Shown here piece after piece: positions 36,101 to 47,927 of a stretch of 64,000 nt of DNA; the stretch's first letter is position 1, and each line of letters starts with the position of its first letter. Position numbers and translations under genes: made by a program. Location: the NCBI GenBank assembly GCA_001687465.1, contig LVLI01000325.1, positions 1 to 64,000 on the forward strand, in the 5' to 3' direction. The DNA comes from Halocafeteria seosinensis. Lineage: Eukaryota. The notes under the pieces are model-generated. The model was not told the DNA's origin. It was given only the letters and a program-made list of their open reading frames with translations, and ran no database searches.

Positions 36101-38271
36101 CGTCGTCACTGGAGTCGGGATCTTGGTTAGACCAAAATTTCTTTCGGTAGTTCTGAACATGGTTAGAATATAGCACTTCGGCATGCTGATGGAGGAGGTG
36201 AGCTAACGCACGCGGCCTCAGGCGGTACTGGGGCCTGTTACTCGCGGCTACCGCATGGGTGCAACCGTACACAAACGTGTTAAATCGCTTAGAGTGACCA
36301 TGAAGATCTACGAAGGCCACAATTTTTCTGTCTAGATGAACTTGGCGGATAGTGTCCTTGATAGCACAAATTGTGGGATGTCTAAGTGCGCTTGGTTTGT
36401 ACCATTGCCGGTTGAGGTCTTGCCCAGAGAGGTTGCAACGGTAGTTTCCGACAATCACACCGTCGGGATTCAGCATAGGTATTATCTTGAAAATTAGCCG
36501 CTCGCGCAACAGTCTGGCAACCGGATGTTGGCTGGTTAAAAACCTTAAAACACCCTGCACGACGAAACGTATTATTATCTGTTGTCTGATACAGCTTCAT
36601 ACAAGCGGAAGTGTTCATACCTCCATAATCCAGCTTGCGCATGCCTCGCCGGGATGTATTCTTGCTGAAATGATGACAGCTCGACGCTGTCGCAGCTCCT
36701 CAGCGGAAGTGGTAGGGGCTGTAATAGTTGCCAAGTGGCAGTGATTTCCTGCCAGTGTCTTGCATAAGGAGCGGCAGCGGAAAAATCGGCGGATAGACTC
36801 GTCTGAAGATAAGGCTCTTAACAGTTTGCACAGCCGTGAGTATGGGTATGGCCGACCATAAGCAAAATAAACTGTGTCATCTTCGTGCTGAAATGTATAC
36901 TCAAACGAAGCAACGTAGTGCTGCCTCTTCTGCTTTTTGCCTGAAGGAGTTATAGTGCTTGTCTCGATCCCACGAAAATATGTAATGTTTGTGCCCACAC
37001 GGTGCCATCCCACTCCATTCGTTTCACTCTCTTGGAGAGAAAATCCGACCGGGCGCATGCCATAATTGAACAGAGAGTCATCTTTACTATTGTTGGCAAT
37101 ATTAAAGCGAACAGTCTGCCCTTTCATTGCTCCTTTGACGGAGAAGTAAAACCACTGGGTGTTACCTGTAATGTCGATTCCGAAAGCAAGCTTAACTCTA
37201 GAACTTTCTTTTTACATATTTGCTTCTCAATGCTCACCTTTCGAGTTCACGTCGGGACGCATCCAACAATCGTACTCCTGGTGGTACACTGCTCCAATAC
37301 CATAACGTTTCAAGAGATCGAAAGTATTTCTCCTGGAAAAGAGGCATGCGAAAATGGTGAAGATTGTCGGCAATGCAGAGGGACCACAGTGTGGAATAGA
37401 CGTACCTGAAATCACTCGATCGATGGCAAACTAAGTCCGCTTGTCCTAGGTTACCCGATTCAAATCCTGCGTCAAACCTAAGTATAGGCCATTGAGACCG
37501 TGGAAAATCGCAGTCGTCAGGGATAAAGCCCCGGGGCTCGTTTATACCAGCAGGATAGCCGGGTTCTTCAGTTACATTGTCTTGGTGAAAGCATGTTACC
37601 GGCACTGATGTTTTCTCTTGAAGTCCCATTTCCAGCAACCCTTGGTAGGCGCCCTGTAAAACCCATGCCCTATTCACATTGTGTCCGTATCCACCCAACT
37701 CTAGTGCGTTAAAGTGTTCTTTTTCTGAGTCTGCAACAGCCGGTACAGCTTGCTCATCCCAGGGGGTGAGTGATTGTACATCGATGACTTTCCCAGGTTT
37801 AAGCAAAGGTATTGGTGGAGACTGGGGTCTGTTAGGATCATCTTGCGCAAGAGCTTTGGCGTTGTCTTCAATATCACCCTCCGCCTCTTGTAGCATCTTT
37901 TCACTTTCCAGCATGTCATCCTCCGCGGGCAAGTAATCATCGTCCTCATCATCATCTGAATATCCGCCACTAAAATCATCTTCATCTTCGTACCCTCCTT
38001 TTTCATAGGTCATATCACTCTTTTCATCTCCACCCTCATTATCGTCATTGACTTGCGTGCTACGCGAGGATACCCCATCTTCTGTCACGTTGGACTGTCG
38101 CTTCAGCGACACCTTACTGCCCTCTCGTTGGTCTTCGCTATCAAAATCGGAGTCGGTTTTACATTTTCGTGTATCAATCGGCGAAAACATCCCGCTCGAA
38201 GCATCTTCGGCGTCCTGAGATTCCATTGAATCCCCTCTATCCCAGGGTTTTATCGTGTTCTCTTCACTCAT
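33130..38271 (-). CDS. Cytosolic carboxypeptidase (Nna1/AGBL family, M14D tubulin deglutamylase type) with long insertions and a disordered tail
   Basis: Four ORFs join via introns. Motifs FESGNL, TQWFYF, ISARIHPGE, PMLNPDGVIVGNYRC, DLHGHS, FTLEASF and HYT..DL...G..LC are all present. Confidence 0.93.
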
Positions 38272-38791
38272 TGTCCCCCCACGAAACCCGGAAATTAAGC
38301 ACTCATCCTTCCACAGGAGCAGAACTGTGACTCAAGGACATGCATTAACCCGACCTGCAAAATCGATAAATGCGAGAATCATGAGCGATACAATGCCAAA
38401 ATACCACTATATCGGTAGATAGAATTTGTCCGTCAATTAACGCTTATTCAACGAGAAGCGCATCTCCGTCAAGTGAAGCCTATTCCTCTCCTATCACTCT
38501 TCCAGACGAATAGTGCATAGAGAGGAAGACATTTTTACACCATCTAAGCCATCGTGTTGTCACGGAAATGGACTATAATGGCATGAAAACTTACCCGTCA
38601 GGTCTCCTGCTCAACGGAGGCCCCATGAGACGACGATTCTCTTTGTCCAACTTTTCCCTACTGTGGAGCTCTTTTTCGGTGTCCGACAAGCCAAACTACT
38701 GCTATTCTACTGAAACTTGCCAATCGAACGATTGGACGGAGGTATGACGCTCTATGAAGGACGAAAACGTCGCCACAAGAAAGACTACTTT

Positions 38792-38804
38792 CCGGTCCCG
38801 GGCC
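38792..38804. promoter_or_regulatory. CCGGTCCCGGGCC motif in the CCP/ALG3 divergent promoter
   Basis: Identical to 31792-31804. A partial inverted copy, GGCCCGGGTCC, lies at 38998-39008. Confidence 0.4.
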
Positions 38805-39160
38805 TGACAGCAACTCCGTGATGAGCCCCAAGTCAATCAAGCAACACACACTTTACTACACAAGATACGGATCGTGCTCACAGAAGGACGCACTGATATG
38901 CCGTAACATCGAAACCCTAGCGAGAGTTAAAATAGTTTTCATAGTGTCAACCCGACAGATAAGCCTACTCTGTGGAAGATGGTATTCGGGTGAGTTCGGC
39001 CCGGGTCCCATGCCCCAACTTCAACTTGCTTGCCCCGAGACAATGATTGCGTTATTCCGAGGTACATTTTTGGCGAAGTAACACTAAATGTTTATTGTGA
39101 ATCAATTCGTCTTTGTCTCTGTTGGCGGGTGGGGTCATCATTTTATTAGAGGAAGCAAAG

Positions 39161-40681
39161 ATGGCGAACCAAAAGCAGCAGGGTCTGTTTGTGAAACTAC
39201 TGACTTCGTGGGACTATTTCCCTATTTTAGCCGTCTGTTTGCTCGTTTTCGACACCCTTCTCAGTATCGCAATCGTATGGAAGGTACCATGTACGTGGTG
39301 GTTGCAATGTGGTCATTTTTGCCTCACAGCGTGCGATGCCTTGCTCTTGGCACGTATCCGAATCAGATACGGAAATCGATTGGGTAGCGTATATGCAAGA
39401 AGTATCAGGATTTTTGCAAGGAGAACGGGATTATTTGAAGATCAGAGGTGATACAGGACCGCTGGTATACCCTGGTGGGTTCGTATACATTTACAGTGTC
39501 CTGTACTACTTGACGGACGGAGGATCACAAATCCACAGAGGTAAGGAATCCGACATCTCGTCGTGTCTGGAACGATTAAGATGCACCGTGCTCCTTGCAG
39601 CTCAATACGTCTTTTGTGCCGTTTATATTGCAACTCTTGCCTTAGTACTAGGGATATACGAGCGGGCTAGGTACGTCTTCGACCACACTGAATGCTCAAT
39701 GGTTCGCTCTGAGGGAGATTCTCGGCTGCAGGATTGCACCACCGTGGATCGTTATTCCATTGGTACTATCGAAGAGAATCCATTCTCTTTATATGCTCCG
39801 TCTATTCAACGATGGAATCGCGGCAGCGTTAGCATATGGGGCAATCTATTTATTTTGCAAACATCGTGTACGTCCCCACACTCGGAAGTAGATGTACTAT
39901 GTTCCAAGAACACTTGCTCAATGCACGTGCAGTGGAGAATTGGATGTATCATTTTCAGCCTGGCAGTGTCCGTAAAAATGAATGTGCTTCTATATGCACC
40001 AGGGCTACTACTGCTGCTATTATGCAACACCGGCTTTCAGGAAACGCTGGTGTGCCTTACGATATGCGGTGCGATCCAGCTTATCGCTGGAGCACCGTTC
40101 CTAGCCTCCCATCCAATTTCTTACCTTTCCAAAGCGTTCGAACTCTCCCGCGTATTTCTGTACGTTCTTCGAAGTCGTTGAAAGCATACTTGCCGTTTTT
40201 TTTTTTTGGTTTTACTGATCTTTTCCCTCGCAGCTATAGTGAGACGGTGAACTTCAGATTTCTCCCGGAAGAGGTGTTCGTTTCGAAAACACTAGCAATA
40301 TTGCTTTTGGTTTGTCATATTCTTACGTTATACTTGGCATATAGGCGTTACAGCCCAATGCCGTTGAGCACACCGAGTGCTATATTTGTGGTCATGGTGG
40401 TCAGCAACTTCATTGGTGTGGTGTTCGCAAGAACGCTGCATTATCAGTTCTATAGTTGGTACTTCCACTCTCTGCCAGCCTTAGTCTATTTTGGGCTATG
40501 GAAGTGGAGAATGCCTCCCGCTATTCGGGTTATAGCTTGCTGTGTACTCCTTGGGTGTGTTGAATTGAGCTTTAATGTGTATCGCGCAACCTGGTGGTCT
40601 TCCGCACTGCTACAGACAACCCACGCAAGCTTGCTACTCTTGTTGCTAATCAGCCACCCGCGTTCCACGAAGGAGGATTGA
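39161..40681 (+). CDS. ALG3: Dol-P-Man:Man5GlcNAc2-PP-Dol alpha-1,3-mannosyltransferase
   Basis: Multi-exon. Motifs VPYTEIDW.AYMQEV, GERDY..IRGDTGPLVYPGGF, RIHSLYMLRLFND, AVSVKMNVLL and ARTLHYQFYSWYFH. Confidence 0.96.
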
Positions 40682-40879
40682 GCCAACGGATGAAAGGAGT
40701 CACCCGAACCTTCAATTTTAGTCCGAGGTTGTATTCTTGCGGTTTAGTCGCTGAGGAAATGGATGGCCTATGATATACACTACCCAGCTAGCGGTGATTA
40801 AAACACCATGTGTATTACGCAGTGCAGTACGATCCACTTAATCATACAAGTGTTGCATCAGCAACCATAGTGTGGTCTT

Positions 40880-43468
40880 TTACTGAGTATACCAGGAATT
40901 TCCATGAGGCAACGAAGACGATTGAGGGACTGTATAACTACCAAATTCAGTTGGATTTCCAAAAGCGTTGGGGGCGTGGCCTCCTCGCTGGGGCGCCGGA
41001 GCATTTGTAAACTCATACCCATTCGGGATGCCGGCAGGCTGATTGTTATCTAAACCAGAACTTGCCCCCTGAGCGACAAAGGCGTTGTTGTAATCAGCAG
41101 GTTCCCTGTTCACAGGATGCTGTTGCATGGGAATTTGCTGATTACCCGCAACTCCTGGGAATCCAAACTGGCCTCCCTTCAGACCCGGAGGACCGCTCTG
41201 TTGAGCGAAGAAATTTTGGGGCTGCTGTGACCCTCCCCTAGGAGGACTTTGGGCAGGGACGCCTTGGGCAGCAGCATTTTTCTGAGGCTGCATAGAGAAG
41301 GCATTGTGGTTTGGGAAAAACGCGCCCTGAGGGTTCATGGCCATGCTTCCCGGTATTTGGAAGGCATAGGGATTCTGATATCCGCTGTAAGTGCTAAAAC
41401 CCGCCGGATTGTATGGTGCAAAATTTTGAGGTTGCTGATGCTGTACCCCCTTCTGCCCCGCATGGCTTCCTTGGGAGGGTGGTTGATTGCCGAAATTCTG
41501 CCCCATTGGCGGAAACCCTTTCTCAGCAGGTGCAATTCCGGGTGGTGCTGACGCAGGAGCGTCATGTGCAGGGGCGTCGTTCGTGTGCATCGATCCCGAA
41601 CTAGATGGCCCGGAGCTCTGCAAGGATGCACTAGCAGTGGGATAGAAATTCTGCATTGGGAAGTTACCGTAATAGCCCTGTTCATTGACCGGAGCTCCGT
41701 GCATTGGCATCGGACCACCCATGAATGCTCCCATTCCACTGAAGTCTCCCATGCCCATTGGCATGGGCGGCATCTGCCCACCATACATATTGTAGTTACC
41801 TGCATCCATACCCATCATGTTACCGGGCATCCCTGGAACCATGCCACTGCTAGTGGCTTCATTTGCCCGGCCTCCATAACCCTGGTTTTTAGCACCTCGG
41901 CCACGGCCACTTGAATTCCGATTATGACTTCTTCCTCCACCGCGTCTGTTGTCGCTTTGTTGCGGCTGTTGCCTTCCGTTATGCTGACGTCGTTGTCTGC
42001 CATCCCCATTGTGCTCGTAAAACTCTTGTTCCTGTTCCTTTCGATGCTGTTCTTCGGCTTGAGCCTGCGCATGTGCTTGTGCGATCCTTTCTGCTTCCAA
42101 GTCCTGTACCTGAGTAACTTTTTGTTCGGCGGGTGGGAAGCGTACTTCCTCCTGAGTTCCACTGGCAACAGACAAATTACGGATGCCACCTTGAGCCATC
42201 TCTGTTTCATACGACACAGTGTCCTCTTCTTGGACACCGAACTTAATATCTGATTTAGCGAGGGACTCAATAGAGCCAAAGTTTAATCTCTGAGTAGGTG
42301 CAGATGTTTCTTGCGGGGGTTGTGCCTCCAATCCGAAGCTGAAACTGCCTTCAGGAGCATTACCAACTTCACCCAGCCGAACCTTCTGTTCCTGAGGCAC
42401 GACGTTTCGTGCGCTAGCTACATCTCCGCTTGGGGGATGTCGTCGGGACGCTTCAACAGGTTGTGGGTTCTGATCAAGCTCAGACGATGGAGTACTGCTT
42501 TCCCCTGCTGGATGTTCTACGGCACCTGCCTGCCGTGGCTCTTCAGCCTCTTGTTTCTGTTTTCCTCGCTTTCCTCCACGAGACTTTTGTTTGTTATTTG
42601 AAGACCTTTGTCGGCCTTCTTCATTGGTCACCGGTTTTGCCGTCTCTTCCTGTTGAGGGGGAGCAGGGGGTCTCTGATGTTGCTGCTGTTTCTCTTGAAG
42701 CACTTGCTGTAAAGGTTTCTCACCCCAAGCCCCTTTTGGCTGTTGCACTACTTTCGTGGTAGCCTCGGAGTCAGTCTTCTTGGGCCTCTGCTGCGGTGCA
42801 TTTTGACCACCTCCTTTTGAGCCTTTTGGACCTTGGGATGGCCCCGTTCTTTCCTGCTGTCGGGAAGGAGCCGACTTGTCTGGCTTGTTGGACGGTCTTT
42901 CTCCTCTGCCTCTGGACTGTTGCTGCTGACCCTTTCCGTTCGACCTCGAAGGTCCCCCCTCTCTTCGGCCTCCTCGTTGTTTTGGACCTCGTTCGTTAGC
43001 CGGCTGCCGTTGACCTTCTTTCTTAACAGCATTCGTTGGGTGCCCCTCCGGAGTTGTCTCGGCAGCTTTCGGATTCGGCTGCGAATACAATAGTCAGTAA
43101 GAAGAGAAGAACACAACACCGGTTGCACTGCGACTATTCCTACCTTGTGCCTTCTGCTCGCCGCCGTCTCCCACACGGGTAGCTCCAATTGGTCTGCTTG
43201 GGAAAAGTTCAAAAACTATACAGAATATGTTACTTGGGTGGGTCGCTATGACCGGCTTACCTGTTAGCCATCGCTGCATGTCATCTTGGAATCCTTGGGA
43301 GTTTGTTGGGTGCTTCTTAATCAAGAAAGCCAATACTTCGGGCGCCTCAAGCCCTTGGACTCCCGTCTCTGGTACCGATCCCAGTAACTCATCGAAACGT
43401 GCCCGTTCTTCCTCACTGAGACTGCTTTCTATACTCTTCTGTTCATTTTCCTTAGCCGATTCGTCCAT
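40880..43468 (-). CDS. UBAP2L/Lingerer/Def1-like low-complexity protein
   Basis: Three exons. A small helical N-domain is followed by ELPVWETAASRRHK, RG-rich segments, FSFG/LNFG/IKFG short motifs and a Q/P/G/M/F prion-like C-terminus. Confidence 0.65.
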
Positions 43469-44189
43469 GACTGTCTGTAATCCTCAAACGAGGTTATCGA
43501 ATGCACTCAAATGCTTTCTAAACGCAAACTTCTCGACAGAAACTCGAGTCTCTCGCCTGTGCTTTGAGTGACACATAAACATAAGTGAGGCAAGAGCAAT
43601 CAATAGGCATCGCACAAACACGTTACACTATGAATATACGACAATAAACACACCAGCATCATCACACATTTTCCCTTGGGGTGTTGTACCCGAAAACGAG
43701 TGCACGGAGGTCTTGTTTGCTGAAGCCGTGGTCGACTTTTCCCTCGGGCCCGAAGTCAGTTGTACAGGGGAGTCCCCAGGGAACAAAAAAGGTATGCAAG
43801 TTTGAAGTTTCTTGAAAGCATTTTTTCCAAAGGCAGAATAAGCACACGAGTCTTACCTCCACTTTTTTGAGACAAGCGAGAAAATCGAATATCACTGAAG
43901 TGTTTATGCAAATGTACACAATATGTGTATTTGATCCCATCAACAACCGTGATGAATATGTACTTGTAGGCATTCAAATGGAGCAAAAATGAGCCTTTTT
44001 CTAAAAGTAGCACAAAAGTTTGCTGCGTCCAAGACAAATTCCTGTATAATACAGGCTGTATTCAGATAGATAGAAAGATATCGGCGTAACAGATAGATTG
44101 GGAAAGGTGTCTACAAATAGAAGTAGAGTCATTGAATCGGTTTCGTTCGTATTTGAAGAGTTGAGGTGGATATTTACAGACGAGACGAG

Positions 44190-44806
44190 ATGAGTGCCGC
44201 TGAGTCCGTAAGTGAACAACGCTGTGTTTTGCTTTCTTTTTACACGTTTAGTATTTGCTAATTCCGATGTTGTTCTAATGAATGGACCGCATTTGTTCAT
44301 TGATACTTTCACTCTTTTTCTTCTTCTGTATGTTCGTTGCTTGCAGAATATACCGTCGATCCCTCTCCAGGATGCGCCCTCCGACCCTGCACGTCAACCG
44401 GCTTCGTCTTTTCAGCAGGATGCCAAGGCACCAGCGGCTGTACAACAAATCGAAGAAAACGTAGGTGGAAAACTTTATCTTTTATGTAGAGGGGTGTATC
44501 GTTCAATGACGTTTAGTTATTGTTTTGTGCTCGACGCAGAGATTGAACCAAGATTGGCAACAGCAGCTATTCCAAGCTCAATTAGTGTACGGAGAGCATG
44601 CAGCTTTAGAGATGGAAATGGATAGGAAGATTTTAAAACAGTTTCAGAGATTGCCCGGTATAAAGAGTAGTTTCTTAGGCCTGGATACTGTAGTGGGGAG
44701 GGAGTATGAGATAGACTTCGAGGACTACCTGGGCACTGAAATCGAACACGAGCGTCCAACCAAACCAGGGGTGCATGAAATTATGGAGAAAAAACTTGGA
44801 TTGTGA
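44190..44806 (+). CDS. UMP1: Proteasome maturation factor UMP1/POMP
   Basis: Exons 44190-44207, 44347-44460 and ~44540-44806. Motifs VYGEHAALEMEMDRKIL..FQRLPGIKSSFLGLD...GRE..IDFEDYL and HEIMEKKLGL. Confidence 0.92.
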
Positions 44807-44967
44807 ATAAATGCGAATTGATTGTGGTAAACGAGGACATATTGTTAGAACAATAAACGCAGGAAGAGGGTTACTAACATAGTTGATGTATCATTCTTTC
44901 ATAGGCGAGCAAGCTGAATACTGTCATCGACATCGACGCACTGTCTCTGTTCTTGAACAACCTCAAA

Positions 44968-45536
44968 TTATTGTCTCTTTCCTTGGTCATCTCGCTTTAC
45001 CAACTCACTAAGGGCAAGGTCACTTTGTCCCTGCATGAAAGATGTCCCAACGACAGTCAACACCAATTACAGCACGCACCACCTTCCTAGCAAGACGTAC
45101 CTGTGTTCTAACGAATCCAGAGAAGGCATATGTGTTGAACTTTCCGGTGTATTTTCCTGTATCCGGATCTACTTCCCCAACGTTGATCTGTATAGCCACG
45201 AATAACCACACGCAAGTCAATTTGGTACCGTAGTCCAACCCAAGCCCTGGGCCTGTCCTGGAAGGGATTCTTCAGGGGAGGCGGCCACCTTAGGTCTTTT
45301 TGTAGTTTCGGCTAGCCCCTGGCCTCCATGACGTTTGCATTACAGGCGCTCTCAACATACCTGAACCGACGAGTGATCGTTGGCGCTAATCAATCTGTTG
45401 GTCCACGCGCTGCAGAGGAGCGACATAAAAAATAGAAGCATAAAGTGAGCTGTATAGCAAAAGTGACGCCGAGAGGGGTCCCTTACCATTTCCGTGGGAT
45501 ATACAGGTCGACGTTTTCTCCTTTGTCGTTCTGCAT
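44968..45536 (-). CDS. RPS21: 40S ribosomal protein S21 (eS21)
   Basis: Four exons give MQNDKGENVDLYIPRKCAWTNRLISANDHSSVQINVGEVDPDTGKYTGKFNTYAFSGFVRTQGQSDLALSEL. Intron 2 is 45188-45360 (173 nt). Confidence 0.97.
45245..45330 (-). ncRNA. GC-rich structured module in RPS21 intron 2, related to the RPL26-upstream element
   Basis: GGAGGC/GCCUCC and CCCU/AGGG stems. There is a 13/15 match between 45271-45285 and 20773-20787. Confidence 0.35.
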
Positions 45537-45840
45537 TTTGCTATAATGAATCAAGTACCGACACCAGATGCACGGAAAGCAATGCCTGATATTCTTCCTT
45601 GTAGGAGTCCCTTGTATAAGCCTGGATCAATCAAATCAGCTTGCTCTCGCGAAGGTGGTTGGATTACGGGGCGGGACTCTCCGAGACTAAGACCGGTAGA
45701 ACGCCCAACAACACCGCACCAGGGTGCGGTGGTAGCAGTGTGATAGTTTATGCTCCTTCGCCGTGTTTGTATTGTAGGTGTTTCCAGGCCGTACGGAATG
45801 TAATGAGTCCCCCGTGGACTTGCATTGAACTGGATCAAAA

Positions 45841-47241
45841 ATGTCATCCATCAACACGGAGCAGCTATCGCAGAAGCTGCAGCAACTCACGCCGCAGCTT
45901 CACTCCATTCAAGGTAGGATTGAAATTCCTTTTATCGATATAGGTAACATTTCACGTTGACTACAACACCCTTTACTTATTCGTATTCGTGGTTGCAGGG
46001 ATATCCAAGTATATTTTGATGCAGCAACAGAATATACGCGAGATAGCCGATGTATGGGAATCGGAATTCGAACGAGGTACGAGCGAGGAATCCAAACTTG
46101 TCTACGTTTTAGGTGGTGGAATTGTATTTGCCTTGCAGCCAACGATGAGCTAAAACTATGCCTATTTTACGTAATGAACGACGTCGTACAAGCGTCGGTA
46201 AAGAAATATGATGATGGAGTAATGGCCAACAAAGTGATCGATCACATCACACGAGCAGTGCGAATGGCTGCTGAGCAAGGATCTTCCGTTCTACCGAAAA
46301 TTTCAAGAACGATTAATGTGTGGCAGGACAGGAATATCTATCCTTCTTCTACTTTAAATAAGATGACGCGGGCAATCAAGGATAGAGAAGGGGGAAACCA
46401 AGGTGTACCCAGAGAACCAGAAATGGCTGCTTCCCCGAAGAGCCCCAAACCCGACAATGCCGCTTCTTCAATGGAATGCAGTGGAATAGGGCCTGAATAT
46501 TCTCCATTAGTTCAGATAGCATCGCATATTCCCGAAGAAGACAAGGATCAATGGCAAGGTGATCCTCACGTAAATGCTGTGATGAATGCTCAAAACGCCG
46601 TGCATGATGAAGAAATGGTGTCGACGTTTAATGACAGGCAATATGGGAAGGTCAAGGGGCTACTAAAACGTCTGGCAGTTTCTGAAGATGCTATTGAAGC
46701 GAATGAGCTAATGAAATCCCACAAGGAATCCGCGAAGTCCTCGTCCTCCCGCCTGCAAACGTGGTCCGTCGTCCCTGAAAAGGAAGTTTCGGAGCAGGCT
46801 TCTATGCCTATTTCTATGAATTCCATTGAGCCTATTCTACAGAAACGGAAAGAACAGTTTCAGCAGGACAAAGAGGTCAGAAACGAGCTCTGTGACAAAC
46901 TGAAGGAGCTCATAGATCACGAGAAGTCGTCTCTGCGTAGCGATAAAGAGTCTGCTGATGAAGCGGATAAGACCCTGCAATCTGTAAAAGAGTTACGCGA
47001 GAAAACGGTGCAGAGGCTGAAGAGTCTTCAGAAAGGAACTAATGGACACGCGAGCTCCGGTAACGCAAAGAGGGCGCCACCACCAAGGAGTAGAAACACG
47101 AGCGGCTGGGATGTTGATGGAGACTATGCGTTCACTCCAATCGACGATCCTCCCGACGATAATCAGCTTTCAGTTACCCTTGATGATGACGACGACGGTG
47201 GAGCTTACTATGACGAGTATGATCCATACGAGGGGCTATGA
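45841..47241 (+). CDS. CID-domain Pol II CTD-binding protein (RPRD1/Rtt103-like)
   Basis: Three exons. MSSINTEQLSQKLQQLTPQLHSIQGISKYIL...KLCLFYVMNDVVQ...RTINVWQDRNIY, followed by coiled coil. Confidence 0.88.
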
Positions 47242-47268
47242 GCATAAGAGAGCCAGTCTGCATTATGT

Positions 47269-47811
47269 TCACCAGTAGTCTGAGAGGGAAAACTTCGTGC
47301 TTGTACTCCGTCTACCCGCGACTTCGTTGCTCTTTTGGATTAATTCTTTGGCATTATTCATGGCATCGCTAAAGCATTGTTGCATTTTCAAGTGATATCG
47401 ATCTGTCATCTCGTCGCTGGTCCGGTCCTCGTTCGCCATGTGCAAATGCGTTAGTTTGGATTTCTTCCACAGCTCCATTCTTCTCGCTGCCTCATGCCTC
47501 GTGCTAGGTGCGGTTGTTTCTTCGAACCATTCATCCTCATAGTGGCTATGAGAGGAAGAAAAATAATTCGTTTTCACCCGATCCAACAAAGGCATCGGGA
47601 CTTTGGTCGACGCCTTCTCTGGTGTCCTCCTCTTCTGAGTATGTCGTCGGGCTCTCTGTAGAAACTGTTTTGGTAACTGGTTATGTGGATTCCCTCTAGA
47701 TGAACGCTTGGGACCACTTTTTGTGTAGCCCTCGATTCTCTCAACAAGTTCGCGGGGGATCGTCTTAGCGTTGTGAGGGTCCCTCATTGGTCTTGGTCGA
47801 AACTCTTCCAT
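47269..47811 (-). CDS. Uncharacterised 180-aa basic protein
   Basis: ATG-initiated ORF convergent with the CID gene. No recognised domain. Confidence 0.6.
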   Translation of the reverse strand: MEEFRPRPMRDPHNAKTIPRELVERIEGYTKSGPKRSSRGNPHNQLPKQFLQRARRHTQKRRTPEKASTKVPMPLLDRVKTNYFSSSHSHYEDEWFEETTAPSTRHEAARRMELWKKSKLTHLHMANEDRTSDEMTDRYHLKMQQCFSDAMNNAKELIQKSNEVAGRRSTSTKFSLSDYW

Positions 47812-47927
47812 ACTTCAAGGGTTCTGATTTCGACGTACCGCCGACGATACTGCTGTCATCGAAGCGTTGCTATCTTGATTAATATACTACAGGTAATCCA
47901 ATGATTACCATCTGACCAATCTTAACA

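Noticed and set aside
38815..38897. C/D snoRNA (GTGATGA...CTGA)
   Set aside because: No terminal stem and no recognisable rRNA guide.
38912..38919. Telo-box AAACCCTA
   Set aside because: Single occurrence, and not seen at the ribosomal-protein promoters.
45262..45312. Hammerhead ribozyme (GAAAC and CUGAAGA on the minus strand)
   Set aside because: Stems I-III cannot be formed and there is no NUH site in position.
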